Source: Zootoca vivipara
Taxonomy: Eukaryota
DNA length: 64,000 nt
Assembly: GCF_963506605.1 (NCBI RefSeq)
Contig: NC_083277.1
Location: forward strand, 1,178,001 to 1,242,000
Direction: 5' to 3'
The notes beneath the pieces are model-generated. The model was not told the origin of the DNA and searched no databases. It saw only the letters and a program-made list of their open reading frames with translations. Position 1 is the first letter of the stretch, and each line of letters starts with the position of its first letter. The position numbers and the translations under genes were made by a program. Shown in pieces: positions 47,197 through 60,025 of the stretch.

Positions 47197-48775
47197 ATGC
47201 AAAGTACTACACTTGGGCAAAAAAAATGAAAGGCACAAATACAGGATGGGAGACACCTGGCTTGAGAGCAGTACATGTGAAAAGGATCTAGGAGTCTTGG
47301 TAGACCACAAACTTGACATGAGTCAGCAGTGTGATGCAGCAGCTAAAAAAGCCAATGCAATTCTGGGCTGCATCAATAGGAGTATAGCATCCAGATCAAG
47401 GGAAGTAATAGTACCACTGTATTCTGCTCTGGTCAGACCTCACCTGGAGTACTGTGTCCAGTTCTGGGCACCACAGTTCAAGAAGGATACTGACGAGCTG
47501 GAACGTGTCCAGAGGAGGGCAACCAAAATGGTCAAAGGCCTGGAAACGATGCCTTATGAGGAACGGCTTAGGGAGCTGGGTATGTTTAGCCTGAAGAAGA
47601 GAAGGTTAAGGGGCGATATGATAGCCATGTTCAAAAATATAAAAGGATGTCATATAGAGGAGGGAGAAAGGTTGTTTTCTGCTGCTCCAGAGAAGCGGAC
47701 ACGGAGCAATGGATTCAAACTACAAGAAAGAAGATTCCACCTAAACATTAGGAAGAACTTTTTAGCTGCAGCATCACGCCATTGACTCTTGTCAAGTTTG
47801 TGGTCTACCAAGACTCCTAGATCCTTTTCACATGTACTGCTCTCAAGCCTGGTGTCACCCATCCTGTATTTGTGCCTTTCATTTTTTAATTTTTATTTTG
47901 CCCAACTGTAGTACTTTACATTTCTCCCTGTTAAAATTCATCTTGTTTGCTTTGGCCCAGTTGTCTAATCTGTTAAGGTCATTCTGAAGTGTGATCCTGT
48001 CCTCTGGGGTACTATCCACCCCTCCCAATTTAGTGTCATTTGCAAACCTGATCAGGATGCCCTCAAGCCCATCATCCAAGTCATTGATAAAGATGTTGAA
48101 TAAGATTGGGCCCAAGACAGAACCCTGTGGCACCCCACTAGTCACTACTCTCCAGGATGAGGAGGAGCCATTGATGAGCACCCTTTGGGTTCGGTCAGCC
48201 AGCCAGTTACAAATCCACGGAATGGTAGCATTGTCTGGCCCACATTTTACCAGCTTCTTTACAAGAATATCATGGGGCACCTTGTCAAAGGCCTTGCTGA
48301 AATCAAGATAGGCTACATCCACAGCGTTCCCTTCATCTACCAGGCTTGTAATTCTGTCAAAAAAGGAGATCAGATTAGTCTGACATGACTTATTTTTCAG
48401 AAACCCATGCTGACTTTTAGTAATCACAGAGTTTCTTTCTAGGTGCTCACAGACTGTTTGCTTAATGATCTGCTCTAGAATCTTTCCTGGTATTGATGTC
48501 AGGCTGACTGGGCGGTAATTGTTTGGCTCCTCTCTTTCCCCCTTTTTGAAAATAGGGATAACATTTGCCCTCCTTCAGTCTGCTGGAACTTTGCCTGTTC
48601 TCCAGGAATTCTCAAAGATTACTGCCAGTGGTTCTGAAATCACCTCTGCCAGTTCTTTTAATACTCTTGGATGTAGTTCATCTGGCCCTGGAGACGTGAA
48701 TACATCTAAAGTAGCCAAGTATTCTTGTACTACCTCCTTACCTGTTCGGGGCTGTGTTTCCCCCGCTGAATCATC
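47197..48775. mobile_element. Rearranged CR1: + fragment (47197-47760) abutting a - fragment (47761-48775)
   Basis: RT peptides on both strands ([18 protein letters not shown]; LVRPHLEYC). Confidence 0.9.
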
Positions 48776-49303
48776 TAACCAACTCTGCTTTCCAAAGCAA
48801 CACCTCCAGTCTCAGCTCCACTTTGTGCAACTCTCCATTCCCAGATACAAACATTTCCAACTCCCTCCCCCAAACACCAAAACCAGCTCACTCTCTGTCC
48901 ATCCTAATTCAAAAGCAACACTCCAAACTCACAAACTCCCCATCTCTATCTAACAGTACATTAAACACTATATGTGAAATGTTACCCTCATTATTTAAAA
49001 ACATGTCTAGACAATGTTACATACAAACAACAAAAGCTCACATACACTGCATGCCTTTAAAATGGATTTCCTGTTATTGATGTGAAAGAAAGTGTAAAGT
49101 AGGAGAGAAACAGGTTCTACACTCTAAAAAGAGTTCCATACTAACCAAAGCAGATTCCCTACTCCTATTTAAACCGTTTCTTTTCTTTGAGTTAATTGAT
49201 GGCCTGTTGAGTTTCCACTCTTACAGCTCTTACCCCTCAGAGTCTTTTGATGGTTTGTAAGACTTCCACTACAACTGAACCTCTGTCCACTTTCCTAACA
49301 CTT

Positions 49304-51886
49304 CTATGGTTTCTCCACTGTGTGAGTTTGTTGATGTTTTGTAAGAACTCCACTTGTACTGAAGCTCTTTCCACACTCCATGCATTGAAATGGTTTCTCC
49401 ATTCTGTGAGTCCATTGATGGTATCTAAGATGTCCACTCTGACTGAAGTTCTTCCCACATTCCATACATTTAAATGGTTTCTCCCCCGTGTGAATCAGAT
49501 GATGGTTTCTAAGGTGTCCACTCTCAGTGAAGCTCTTTCCACACTCCATACATTTAAATGGTTTCTCCCCCGTGTGAATCAGACGATGGTTTGCAAGGTG
49601 GCTACTCCGACTGAAGCTCTTTCCACAATCCATACATTTAAATGGTTTATCTCCTGTGTGAATATGATGATGGTTTGTAAGGAGTCCACTCCGACTGAAG
49701 CTCTTTCCACACTCCATGCATTTAAATGGTTTCTCACCTGTGTGAGTCCGTTGATGAATTCTAAGTTGTCCACTATCAGTGAAGTTCTTTCCACACTCCA
49801 TGCATTTAAATGGTTTCTCACCTGTGTGAGTCCGTTGATGAATTCTAAGTGTTCCACTATCAGTGAAGCTCTTCCCACACTCCATACATTTAAATGGTTT
49901 CTCCCCTGTGTGAGTCCGTTGATGAATTCTAAGGGTTCCATTGTGACTGAAGCACTTTTCACACTCCATGCATTTAAATGGTTTCTCCCCTGTGTGAGTC
50001 CGTTGATGAGTTCTCAGGGTTCCATTGTGACTGAAGCTCTTTCCACATTCAATGCATTTAAATGGTTTCTCACCTGTGTGAGTCCGTTGATGAATTCTAA
50101 GTTTTCCACTATCAGTGAAGCTCTTCCCACATTCCATACATTTAAATGGTTTCTCCCCCGTGTGTGTCCATTGATGTTTTCTTAGTGTTCCACTATCAAT
50201 GAAGTTCTTTCCACACTCCATGCATTTAAATGGTTTCTCCCCCGTGTGAGTTCGTTGATGTCTTCTAAATTTTCCACTATCACTGAAGCTCTTTCCACAT
50301 TCCATGCATTTAAATGGTTTCTCACCTGTGTGAGTTCGTTGATGAATTCTAAGTTTTCCACTCTCAGTGAAGCTCTTTCCACACTCCATGCATTTAAATG
50401 GTTTCTCCCCCGTGTGAGTTCGTTGATGAATTCTAAGTTTTCCACTCTCAGTGAAGCTCTTTCCACACTCCATGCATTTAAATGGTTTCTCCCCTGTGTG
50501 AGTCCATTGATGAATTCTAAGTTTTCCACTCTCAGCGAAACTTTTTCCACATTCCATGCATTTAAATGGTTTCTCTTCCGTGTGAGTCCATTGATGTTTT
50601 CTTAGTGTTCCACTATAAGTGAAGCTCTTTCCGCACTCCATACATTTAAATGGTTTCTCCCCCGTGTGAGTCCGTTGATGTTTCCTTAGTGTTCCACTGT
50701 CAATGTAGCTCTTTCCACACTCCATACATTTAAATGGTTTCTCCCCCGTGTGAGTCCGTTGATGACTTCTAAGTACTTGTTTAGAAGTGAAGCCCTTTCC
50801 ACACTCCGTACATTTAAATGGTTTCTCCCGCATGTGAGTCCGTTGATGACTTCTAAGTACTCGATTATCAGTGAAACTCTTTCGGCATTCCAGACATTTA
50901 AATGGTTTTTCCCCTGTGTGAGTTCGAAGGTGAAAATTCAGGCTTCCACTCCTACTGAAACTCTTTCCACACTCCATACATTTAAATGATTTTCCCCCCA
51001 TGTGAGTCAGTTGATGACTTCTAAGCGCTTGATTAGCATTGAAGCTCCTTCCACACTCAATACATTTAAAAGGTTTTCCCCCTGTGTGAATCCGTTGATG
51101 GTTTCTAAGGTGTCCACTCTCAGTGAAGCTCTTTCCACACTCCATACATTTAAATGGTTTCTCGCCTGTGTGAGTCCGTTGGTGTTTTCTTAGTGTTCCA
51201 CTGTGACTGAAGCTCTTTCCACACTCCATACATTTAAATGGTTTCTCCCCAGTATGAGTTTGATGATGTGAATACAGGTTTCCACTCCGACTAAAGCTCT
51301 TGCCACATTCCATGCATATAAATGGTTTCTCTCCTGTGTGAGTCCGTTGATGTTTTCTTAGTGCTCCACTATAAGTGAAGCTCTTCCCACAGTCCTTACA
51401 TCTAAATGGTTTTTCCCCTGTGTGATTTTGATGATGGATTCTAAGTGTTCCTCTATCAATGAAGCTCTTTCCACACTCCATGCATTTAAATGGTTTCTCT
51501 CCTGTGTGAATCTGTTGATGTTTTCTAAGGCTTCCACTTCTATAGAAGCTTTTTCCACACTCCATGCATTTAAATGGTTTCTCCCCTGTGTGAATCTGTT
51601 TATGCTTTCTAAGTGTTCCACTGTCACTGAAACTCTTTCCACACTCCATACATTTATAGGGTTTCTCCCCTGTGTGAATCCGTTGATGGATTCTAAGTGT
51701 TCCACTTCTACTGAAGCTCTTCTCACACTCTATACATTTAAATGGTTTCTCTTGTGTGTGAGTCTGCTGATGTTTTCTTAGTGTTCCACTGTCAGTGAAG
51801 CTCTTCCCACATTCCATATTTTCAAATTGTTTCTCCTTTCTCTTTTCACACTCCATGCATTCCAACAATTTAATCGTTATTCCCAT
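49304..51886 (-). CDS. C2H2 zinc-finger protein (ZNF-D), 29 fingers plus one degenerate N-terminal finger
   Basis: 860-aa uninterrupted finger array; MGIT start region shared with ZNF-A and ZNF-B. Confidence 0.93.
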   Translation of the reverse strand: MGITIKLLECMECEKRKEKQFENMECGKSFTDSGTLRKHQQTHTQEKPFKCIECEKSFSRSGTLRIHQRIHTGEKPYKCMECGKSFSDSGTLRKHKQIHTGEKPFKCMECGKSFYRSGSLRKHQQIHTGEKPFKCMECGKSFIDRGTLRIHHQNHTGEKPFRCKDCGKSFTYSGALRKHQRTHTGEKPFICMECGKSFSRSGNLYSHHQTHTGEKPFKCMECGKSFSHSGTLRKHQRTHTGEKPFKCMECGKSFTESGHLRNHQRIHTGGKPFKCIECGRSFNANQALRSHQLTHMGGKSFKCMECGKSFSRSGSLNFHLRTHTGEKPFKCLECRKSFTDNRVLRSHQRTHMREKPFKCTECGKGFTSKQVLRSHQRTHTGEKPFKCMECGKSYIDSGTLRKHQRTHTGEKPFKCMECGKSFTYSGTLRKHQWTHTEEKPFKCMECGKSFAESGKLRIHQWTHTGEKPFKCMECGKSFTESGKLRIHQRTHTGEKPFKCMECGKSFTESGKLRIHQRTHTGEKPFKCMECGKSFSDSGKFRRHQRTHTGEKPFKCMECGKNFIDSGTLRKHQWTHTGEKPFKCMECGKSFTDSGKLRIHQRTHTGEKPFKCIECGKSFSHNGTLRTHQRTHTGEKPFKCMECEKCFSHNGTLRIHQRTHTGEKPFKCMECGKSFTDSGTLRIHQRTHTGEKPFKCMECGKNFTDSGQLRIHQRTHTGEKPFKCMECGKSFSRSGLLTNHHHIHTGDKPFKCMDCGKSFSRSSHLANHRLIHTGEKPFKCMECGKSFTESGHLRNHHLIHTGEKPFKCMECGKNFSQSGHLRYHQWTHRMEKPFQCMECGKSFSTSGVLTKHQQTHTVEKP

Positions 51887-52197
51887 TGGGCATGGCCCCC
51901 CAGAACTCTGACTGCCCTCTCCATTGTCTGCTTTGGAAGGCGAAGGGGGGAAGAAATACTTTTTGTTTTCTACAAAGAAAAGAAAGGAATATTACACACA
52001 TCAATTAGCACCTGCTCTTATCTTAACATCTCCTACATTCTCTCCTATCCTCCATATGTTCCACATTTTTAGGAAATGCAAATAAATGAATGTCAGATAA
52101 TGGTAATTCATCCTCGCTTTTCATAACCCTTAATCAATGTTAATGAAGCAGCATTATCTCAGAATAAGATTGAGCTGTAGGGTTTACTTTTTAAATA

Positions 52198-52665
52198 CAG
52201 TGGAACCTCAGGTTAAGTACTTAATTGGTTCCGGAAGTCTGTACTTAACCTGATGCGTACTTAACCTGAAGCGAACTTTCAGTTCAGAATTTAAAGTAAT
52301 GGATGGTTCCAGACTATGAAAAGCGCCCCGTAAAACAGCAACTTAATACTAATTTTACTATCTAACGAGACTATTGATCCATAAAATGAAGGCAATAATC
52401 AATGTACTGGAGTATAGAACAAATAACACTATTGTAGATTTTAAAAAATTAATGTTTACAGTGGTACCTCAGGTTAAGTACTTAATGGGTTCCAGGGTGC
52501 CATTTGCACCCCGAAAAGTACTTAATCTGAACGACAATAGCACGCGTGCGTGAAGTGCCGATAGAGCATGGCAGAACCCGGAAGTAAACACTTCCGTGTC
52601 CGTGGAGTACTTACGGTAACCTGAAAGTACTCAACCTGAAGCGTACTGAACCCGAGGTATCACTG
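52198..52665. mobile_element. Tc1/mariner (Tigger-like) MITE, composite
   Basis: TA|CAGTGGAACCTCAGG ... CCGAGGTATCACTG|TA; second TIR start at ~52459. Confidence 0.8.
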
Positions 52666-55600
52666 TAATGTGGTTTCTCACAGGAAAGGGAGCTGCTCTA
52701 TGTCCATAAACCTGCCCACTATTCATCAGGGTCCTAAGTTCACCTTGAAGTTCTTCATCATCTGCACAATAATCCCCCACCCCTTAGGCCACATTTTGTC
52801 CCCTTCGGCCTCTAGATCTTTATTAATCACCTGCACACTCCCTTTGGCCTCTGGAGGTGCATATTGACCATTTTGGGAGACCCATATATAAGCCTAGTGA
52901 CAAGGCTTGGTGCTTTTGGTTGGCTGAAGGAGTGCTCAGGTAGGAGAATGTTCTTGGGGTTGGACCTCCATCTCTCAGCCTTGCATCATTGCATGGAGAG
53001 AGCTGGAGATGCAGAAGGAAAGCAGCTGGAGCCTGACTGCTGGGAATCCCAGATTAAAATGCCCACCCCAATTACTATTGGTAATAATTATATGCCGCCG
53101 AGTCTCGCACCTGCCTCCTGCCACTGGCCTATCTTAGTGGAGAATCCCAGCTCAAGCCTCTCTCACTGTTCTTCCCCCTTTGCTCCTACTGGAAACTATT
53201 TATTAAATTTGTATATTTATCCTCATCTGAAGATCACAATATAAAAATATCTGTGATGCTGAAAAGGTGAATATTAAAGGTGAAGAATACAGATTGTGGG
53301 AAAGAAAAGGAAGAAGATTACTCTGGAGAAAGGAAGTGAAACCAGTGATGTTTCCGCCTGAGTGTAAACAAGAAACCAGTCTTCAAATCAGTTTCATATT
53401 CCATGACTATCTTAGTGGAGATTCCCTGTCCAGGCCTCTCTCACTGTTCTTCCTCATTTGTACTGGCTGGGCAAGGGCTTCTGGATATACTATCTCTGGT
53501 CCTACTGGGAATTATTTAGTAAATTTGTATATCGCTCTGCATCTGATAATCACAAGATAAAAATATGCACGACACTGAAAAATGTGAATATTAAAGGTGA
53601 ATAACACTGATTGTGGGAAAGAAAAGAAAGAAGATAACTCTGGATACAGGAAGTATTTCTCAAATACGATTGTGACTCAGAATCTTAACCAAACTTTATT
53701 TTGGAATATCAACTGGACCTCTTTCAAATAGGAGCCAGACATCTTTTGGGATTTCATCCAGACACACCTTTAGTGTGGGCAGCACCAAAATAAGGCAGGG
53801 CGGAGGGAGGCAGCTCTGGCGCTGCAGGTTGGCTTGCCTTCCTAAGCAAGCAACTTTGGGGGCGAACATTTTCCTTTTAAAAGCTCTTCCCCAGGGGCCG
53901 GCAGGGGTTTCTACGCTACTGAGTGTGGACACCGTGGATTTATAGTGTTAGGGTCTCAAGAACCCTTAAGATCCAGTTCCACCAACTCCCAAGTAACTGA
54001 GCCCCTGAGCCCCTAGGGCAGGCTTGTCCACAGTCCGTTTCGAGGGCCTAATCCAGCCCCTGTGGCAGTTTATTTCCTGAGGAACAAGCCTTAAAAAAGT
54101 TCAACCTCAACCCTAAAAAAAGGTCAACAAATTTGGTTGGCCCTCAAAGCCCTTCACTTCATCAAATCTGGCCCTCTTTGGAAAAAAATTGGACACCACT
54201 GCCCTAGGGGAACCTTCTATGCTGAGGTGAGGCATCTCTGGCCCTCCAGATGTTGTTGGACACAAAGTACCATCATCCCAAGGAAAGATGGCATATGGCC
54301 AGGGATGAGGGGAGTCTCATCTGGTGGGACACACTTTCCCCTTCTTCTGAAAATGCTGAATATCTGTATTTCATTTCCTCCTTCTTCCCTGATCTCCAAC
54401 ATCTTCCTAATATAGTCCAACTGCACACATTCCCAAATCATCCTGCACCATTGACTTCCCGAGGCTGCTGCATTGTGTCTAGGATACTGGCAATGGGACA
54501 GCACCTTCCCCTGGATGAGAGGATAGAGGGTGAAATCAGGGCAGGCCAAATGGCACTCAGCTCAGTCCCCTCCTTGCCCCTCTCTGCACCTGCTGCCTGA
54601 GGGGGCTGTTCAGGGATCTCTCCCTAGTCAAAGGAGGTTCCTGAGCAGGAGGGAGAAGTCAAGGCAGGCAGCGCCCAAGTGTCTCTCTCTTTTTCCAAGA
54701 TGGCTTCCATTCCTCCCCCAGAGATTTATATTATTATTTATTTATTTATTTATACTCCGCCCATCTGGCTGGGTTTCCCCAGCCACTCTGGGCGGCTTCC
54801 AACAAACATAAAAATACATTAAAATATCACAGATTAAAAACTTCCCTAATCAGGGCTGCCTTTAGGTGTTTTCTAAATGTCAGGTAGTTGTTCATCTCTG
54901 GATCTCAGTGTCCGGGCTGAACAATGGGGGTGGAGACGCTCCTTCAGGTATATAGGACTGAGGCCTTATAGGGCTTTAAAGGTCAGCACCAACACTTTGA
55001 ATTGTGCTCAGAAACGTACTGGGAGCCAATGTAGGTCTCTTAGGACCAGTGTTATGTGGTCTCGGCGGCCGCTCCCAGTCACCAGTCTAGCTGCCGCATT
55101 CTGGATTACATTCTGGGTCACCTTTAAAGGTAGCTCCACGGAGAGCGCATTGCAGTAGTCCAAGCGGGAGATAACTAGAGCATGCACCCACCCCCTGTCC
55201 TCCAAAAACAGTACTTCTGTCTTGTCAGGATTCAATCTCAATCTGTTAGCTGCCATCCATCCTCCAACCGCTTCCAGGCACTCACATAGGACCTTCACTG
55301 CCTTCAATGGTTCTGATTTGAAAGAGAGGTAGAGCTGGGTATCATCCGCATACTGATGAACACCCAGCCCAAACCCCCTGATGTTGTCTCCCAGCGGCTG
55401 CATATAGATGTTAAAAAGCATGGGGGAGAGGACAGAGCCCTGACGCACCCCACAAGTGAGAGCCCAGGGGTCTGAACACTCATCCCCCCCCACCACTTTC
55501 TGAACACGGCCCAGTAGGAAGGAACGGAACCACTGTATGACAGTCCCCCCAGCTCCCAACCCCTCTAGACGGTCCAGAAGGATGTTATAGTTGATTGTAT

Positions 55601-56418
55601 CAAAAGCCGCTGAGAGATCCAGCAGAACTAGGAAACAGCTCTCACCTTTGTCCCTAGCCCGCCGGAGATCATCGGCCAGTGCGACCAAGGCAGTTTCAGT
55701 CCCATGATGAGGCCTGAATCCTGACTGGAAGGGATCCAAATGGTCCGCTTCTTCCAGGCGTGCCTGGAATTGTTCAGCAACCACTCGCTCAATCACCTTG
55801 CCCAAGAATGGAAGATTTGAGACTGGGCGATAGTTGGCCATATTGGCCACATCTAAATATGGTTTTTTAAGAAGCAGTTTAAAAACTGCCTCTTTCAGCA
55901 GGTGTGGGAAGGCTCCCTCACAGAGAGTAGCATTCACCACCCCGCAAAGTCCATCGCCCAGCCCTTCCCGGCTAGCTTTTATTAGCCAGGATGGGCAAGG
56001 ATCAAGGAGACAGGTGGTTGGTTTCACTCTTCCAAGCAGTCTGTCCACATCTTCGGAGGTAACAGATTGAAATTGATCCCACGCAATTTGACTAGACAGG
56101 ACTCTAGCACTCCCTTGCCCCGGCCCTGCTCCCACGGTGGAGTCTACCTCTTCCCGAATCTGAGCGACTTTATCTGCAAAAAACTTTGCAAAAGTATTGC
56201 AGGAGATATTGGGGTCCCTACCAGGCCCCGATGACAAAGGTGGTTCGGATAGATTGCGAACCACCTGGAACAGTCTCCTGCTGCTGTTTTCTGCAGATGC
56301 GATAGAAACGGTGAAGAAGGTCCTATTCGCCGTCGCCATTGCCACTTGGTAGGCTCGAAGTTGAGCTCTAGCCCGTGTTCGGTCTGATTCAGAATGAGTT
56401 TTCAGCCACCGGCGCTCT

Positions 56419-56750
56419 AGAATCATAGAATCATAGAATCATAGAATCATAGAGTTGGAAGAGACCACAAGGGCCATCCAGTCCAACCCCCTGCCAAGCA
56501 GGAAACACCATCAAAGCATTCCTGACAGATGGCTGTCAAGCCTCTGCTTAAAGACCTCCAAAGAAGGAGACTCCACCACACTCCTTGGCAGCAAATTCCA
56601 CTGCCGAACAGCTCTCACTGTCAGGAAGTTCTTCCTAATGTTTAGGTGGAATTTTCTTTCTTGTAGTTTGAATCCGTTGCTCCGTGTCCGCTTCTCTGGA
56701 CACGGAGCTCTGGACACGGAGCTCTGGACATCCGTTGCTCCGTGTCCGCG
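56419..56750 (-). mobile_element. CR1 3' fragment inserted in L2
   Basis: (CATAGAAT)n tail and CR1 3' UTR splitting the L2 ORF between ..SLRR and LERRW.. Confidence 0.9.
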
Positions 56751-57773
56751 TCTCAGCGACTGTTTCATCACCCTCAGCTCCAGGGAAAACCACGGGGCTG
56801 TCTGGGCTCCATGGGAAAACCACGGGGCTGTCTGGGCTCCATGCAATCGGAGAGGGCGTTTCAGAGCCAGACAGTCAATAGCGCTGGTTAACTCCGCATT
56901 CCAGCGGGCCACCAGGGAATCAGTTGAAAGGCCATCAACATGGGATAAAACATCCCCTACCACTCTCTGGAAGCCAATTGGATCCATTAAGTAGCGGGGG
57001 CGGACCATCCGAATCGGTCCCACCTCCCTGCAGAGGGGAAGGGTTGCGGAGAAGTCCAGTTGCACCAGAAAGTGATCTGACCATGGCACTTCTTTTGTTT
57101 CGCTTTTACTTAATGTCAGATCACCAACATCCATAGAGGTAAACACCAGGTCCAAGTCATGTCCGCGGCTATGAGTTGGGCCAGACTTATTCAGGGACAG
57201 CCCCATGGAGGCCATGCTTTCCACGAAGTCCCGAGCAGCCCCTTGTAAGGTCGTGTCGGCATGGATGTTAAAATCCCCTAAGACAACCAAGCTAGGTGTC
57301 TCCAGGAGCACATCCGACACGACCTGAAGCAGCTCGGGCAGGGAATCCTTGGTGCAGCGGGGAGGTCGGTACACCAAAAGGAATCTTGTACTGCCCCTAT
57401 TACCCAACTTCCAGAACATGCACTCAGAAAACTCGGCCTAACCAATAGGACGCCTGGTGCAAACTAATGACTTCGTAAAAAACACTGCAAACCCCCCCCC
57501 CCCGCTCAGATGGCCTGGGTTGCTGTGCGTAAGAGAAACCTGGTGGACAAGCAGCGGCAAGGAGAAGCCCATCTGCTTCATCCAACCAGGTCTCTGTCAC
57601 ACATGCCAGGTCAAATCCTCCCTCCACAATCAGGTCGTGAATGGCAGTGGTCTTGTAGATCATTGACCTGGCATTGCACAGCAGCACCTTCAGGTCATGT
57701 GGGTATCCCTTGCTGATTCCAGTATCCATCCTGTCAGGACCAGACCCGGAGGCAGGGATAGTCCTCAAACAAC

Positions 57774-60025
57774 GTAGATGTGGCAGGATCATTAGGTGGG
57801 AGTGATCATGCTCTTCTGGAGTTTATTGTTCAGAGGAAAGGAGCAACCAAGCATACTAAGACTCAAATCCTAGACTTTAAGAAAGCCGACTTCAGAAAAC
57901 TTAGGGAAATGCTGGGTGAGATCCCATGGACAGAAATACTAAAAGGGAAGGGAGTTCATGATGGTTGGGAGTTTGTTAAAAGGGAGATATTAAAAGCACA
58001 ACTTCAGGCAATACCAATGAGACGGAAACATGGAAGGTGCCTAAAGAAGCCAGGGTGGCTATCTAAAGAACTTTTAACTGAGTTAAGATTTAAAATGGAA
58101 TGTACAAAAAAATGGAAAAGGGGGGAAATCACCAGAGAGGAATTCAAACATATAGCCAGAACGTGTAGAGACAAAGTCAGAAAAGCTAAAGCACAGAATG
58201 AACTCAGGCTCGCCAGAGAGGTTAAAAGCAACAAAAAGGGCTTTTATGGGTATGTCCGTAGCAAAAGGAAGAACAAGGAAACAGTGGGGTCACTTAGAGG
58301 AGAAGATGGTGAAATGCAAACAGGGGACAGAGAAAGGGCAGAACTCCTCAATGCCTTCTTTGCCTCAGTCTTCTCCAAAAAAGAAAACAATGCCCGACCT
58401 GAAGAATATGGCGCAGATGATTCAGCAGGGGAAACACAGCCCAGAATAAGTAAGGAGGTAGTACAAGAATACTTGGCTAGTTTAGATGTATTCAAGTCTC
58501 CAGGGCCAGATGAACTACATCCAAGAGTATTAAAATAACTGACAGAGGTGATTTCAGAACCACTGACAATAATCTTTGAAAATTCCTGGAGAACAGGCGA
58601 AGTTCCATCAGACTGGAGGAGGGCAAATGTTGTCCCTATCTTCAAAAAGGGGGAAAGAGAGGACCCAAACAATTACCGCCCAGTCAGCCTGACATCAATA
58701 CCAGGAAAGATTCTAGAGCAGATCATTAAGCAAACAGTCTGTGAGCACCTAGAAAGAAACTCTGTGATCACTAAAAGTCAGCATGGGTTTCTGAAAAATA
58801 AGTCATGTCAGACTAATCTGATCTCATTTTTTGACAGAATTACAAGCCTGGTAGATGAAGGGAACGCTGTGGATGTAGCCTATCTTGATTTCAGCAAGGC
58901 CTTTGACAAGGTGTCCCATGATATTCTTGTAAAGAAGCTGGTAAAATGCGGGCTAGACAATGCTACCATTCAGTGGATTTGTAACTGGCTGACTGACCGA
59001 ACCCAAAGGGTGCTCATCAATGGCTCCTCCTCATCCTGGAGAGTAGTGACTAGTGGGGTGCCACAGGGTTCTGTCTTGGGCCCAGTCTTATTCAACATCT
59101 TTATCAATGACTTGGATGATGGGCTTGAGGGCATCCTGAGCAAGTTTGCAGACGACACCAAATTGGGAGCGGTGGCTAATACCCCAGAGGACAGGATCAC
59201 ACCTCAAAATGACCTTAACAGATTAGACAACTGGCCCAAAGCAAACAAGATGAATTTTAACAAGGAGAAATGTAAGGTACTACACTTGGGCAGAAAAAAT
59301 GAAAGGCACAAATACAGGATGGGTGACACCTGGCTTGAGAGCAGTACATGTGAAAAGGATCTAGGAGTCTTGGTAGACCACAAACTTGACATGAGTCAGC
59401 AGTGTGATGCAGCAGCTAAAAAAGCCAATGCAATTCTGGGCTGCATCAATAGGAGTATAGCATCTAGATCTAGGGAAGTAATAGTACCACTGTATTCTGC
59501 TCTGGTCAGACCTCACCTGGAGTACTGTGTCCAGTTCTGGGCACCACAGTTCAAGAAGGATACTGACAAACTGGAACGTGTCCAGAGGAGGGCAACCAAA
59601 ATGGTCAAAGGCCTGGAAACGATGCCTTATGAGGAACGGCTTAGGGAGCTGGGTATGTTTAGCCTGGAGAAGAGAAGGTTAAGGGGTGATATGATAGCCA
59701 TGTTCAAATATATGAAAGGATGTCATAGAGGAGGGAGAAAGATTGTTTTCTGCTGCTCCAGAGAAGTGGACACGGAGCAATGGATTCAAACTACAAGAAA
59801 GAAGATTCCACCTAAACATTAGGAAGAACTTCCTGACATTAAGAGCTGTTCGGCAGTGGAATTTGCTACCAAGGAGTGTGGTGGAGTCTCCTTCTTTGGA
59901 GGTCTTTAAGCAGAGGCTTGACAGGCATATGCCAAGAATGCTTTGATGGTGTTTCCTGCTTGGCAGGGGGTTGGACTGGATGACCCTTGTGGTTTTTTCT
60001 AACTCTATGATTCTATAATTCTATG
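57774..60025 (+). mobile_element. CR1 LINE, 5'-truncated ~2.25 kb, ORF2 with one stop (58536) and one frameshift (~59730)
   Basis: [28 protein letters not shown] motifs; CR1 tail. Confidence 0.95.

Noticed and set aside
56511-57419. 302-aa ORF as a novel endonuclease fusion protein
   Set aside because: Chance in-frame junction between the L2 endonuclease and an inserted CR1 3' fragment
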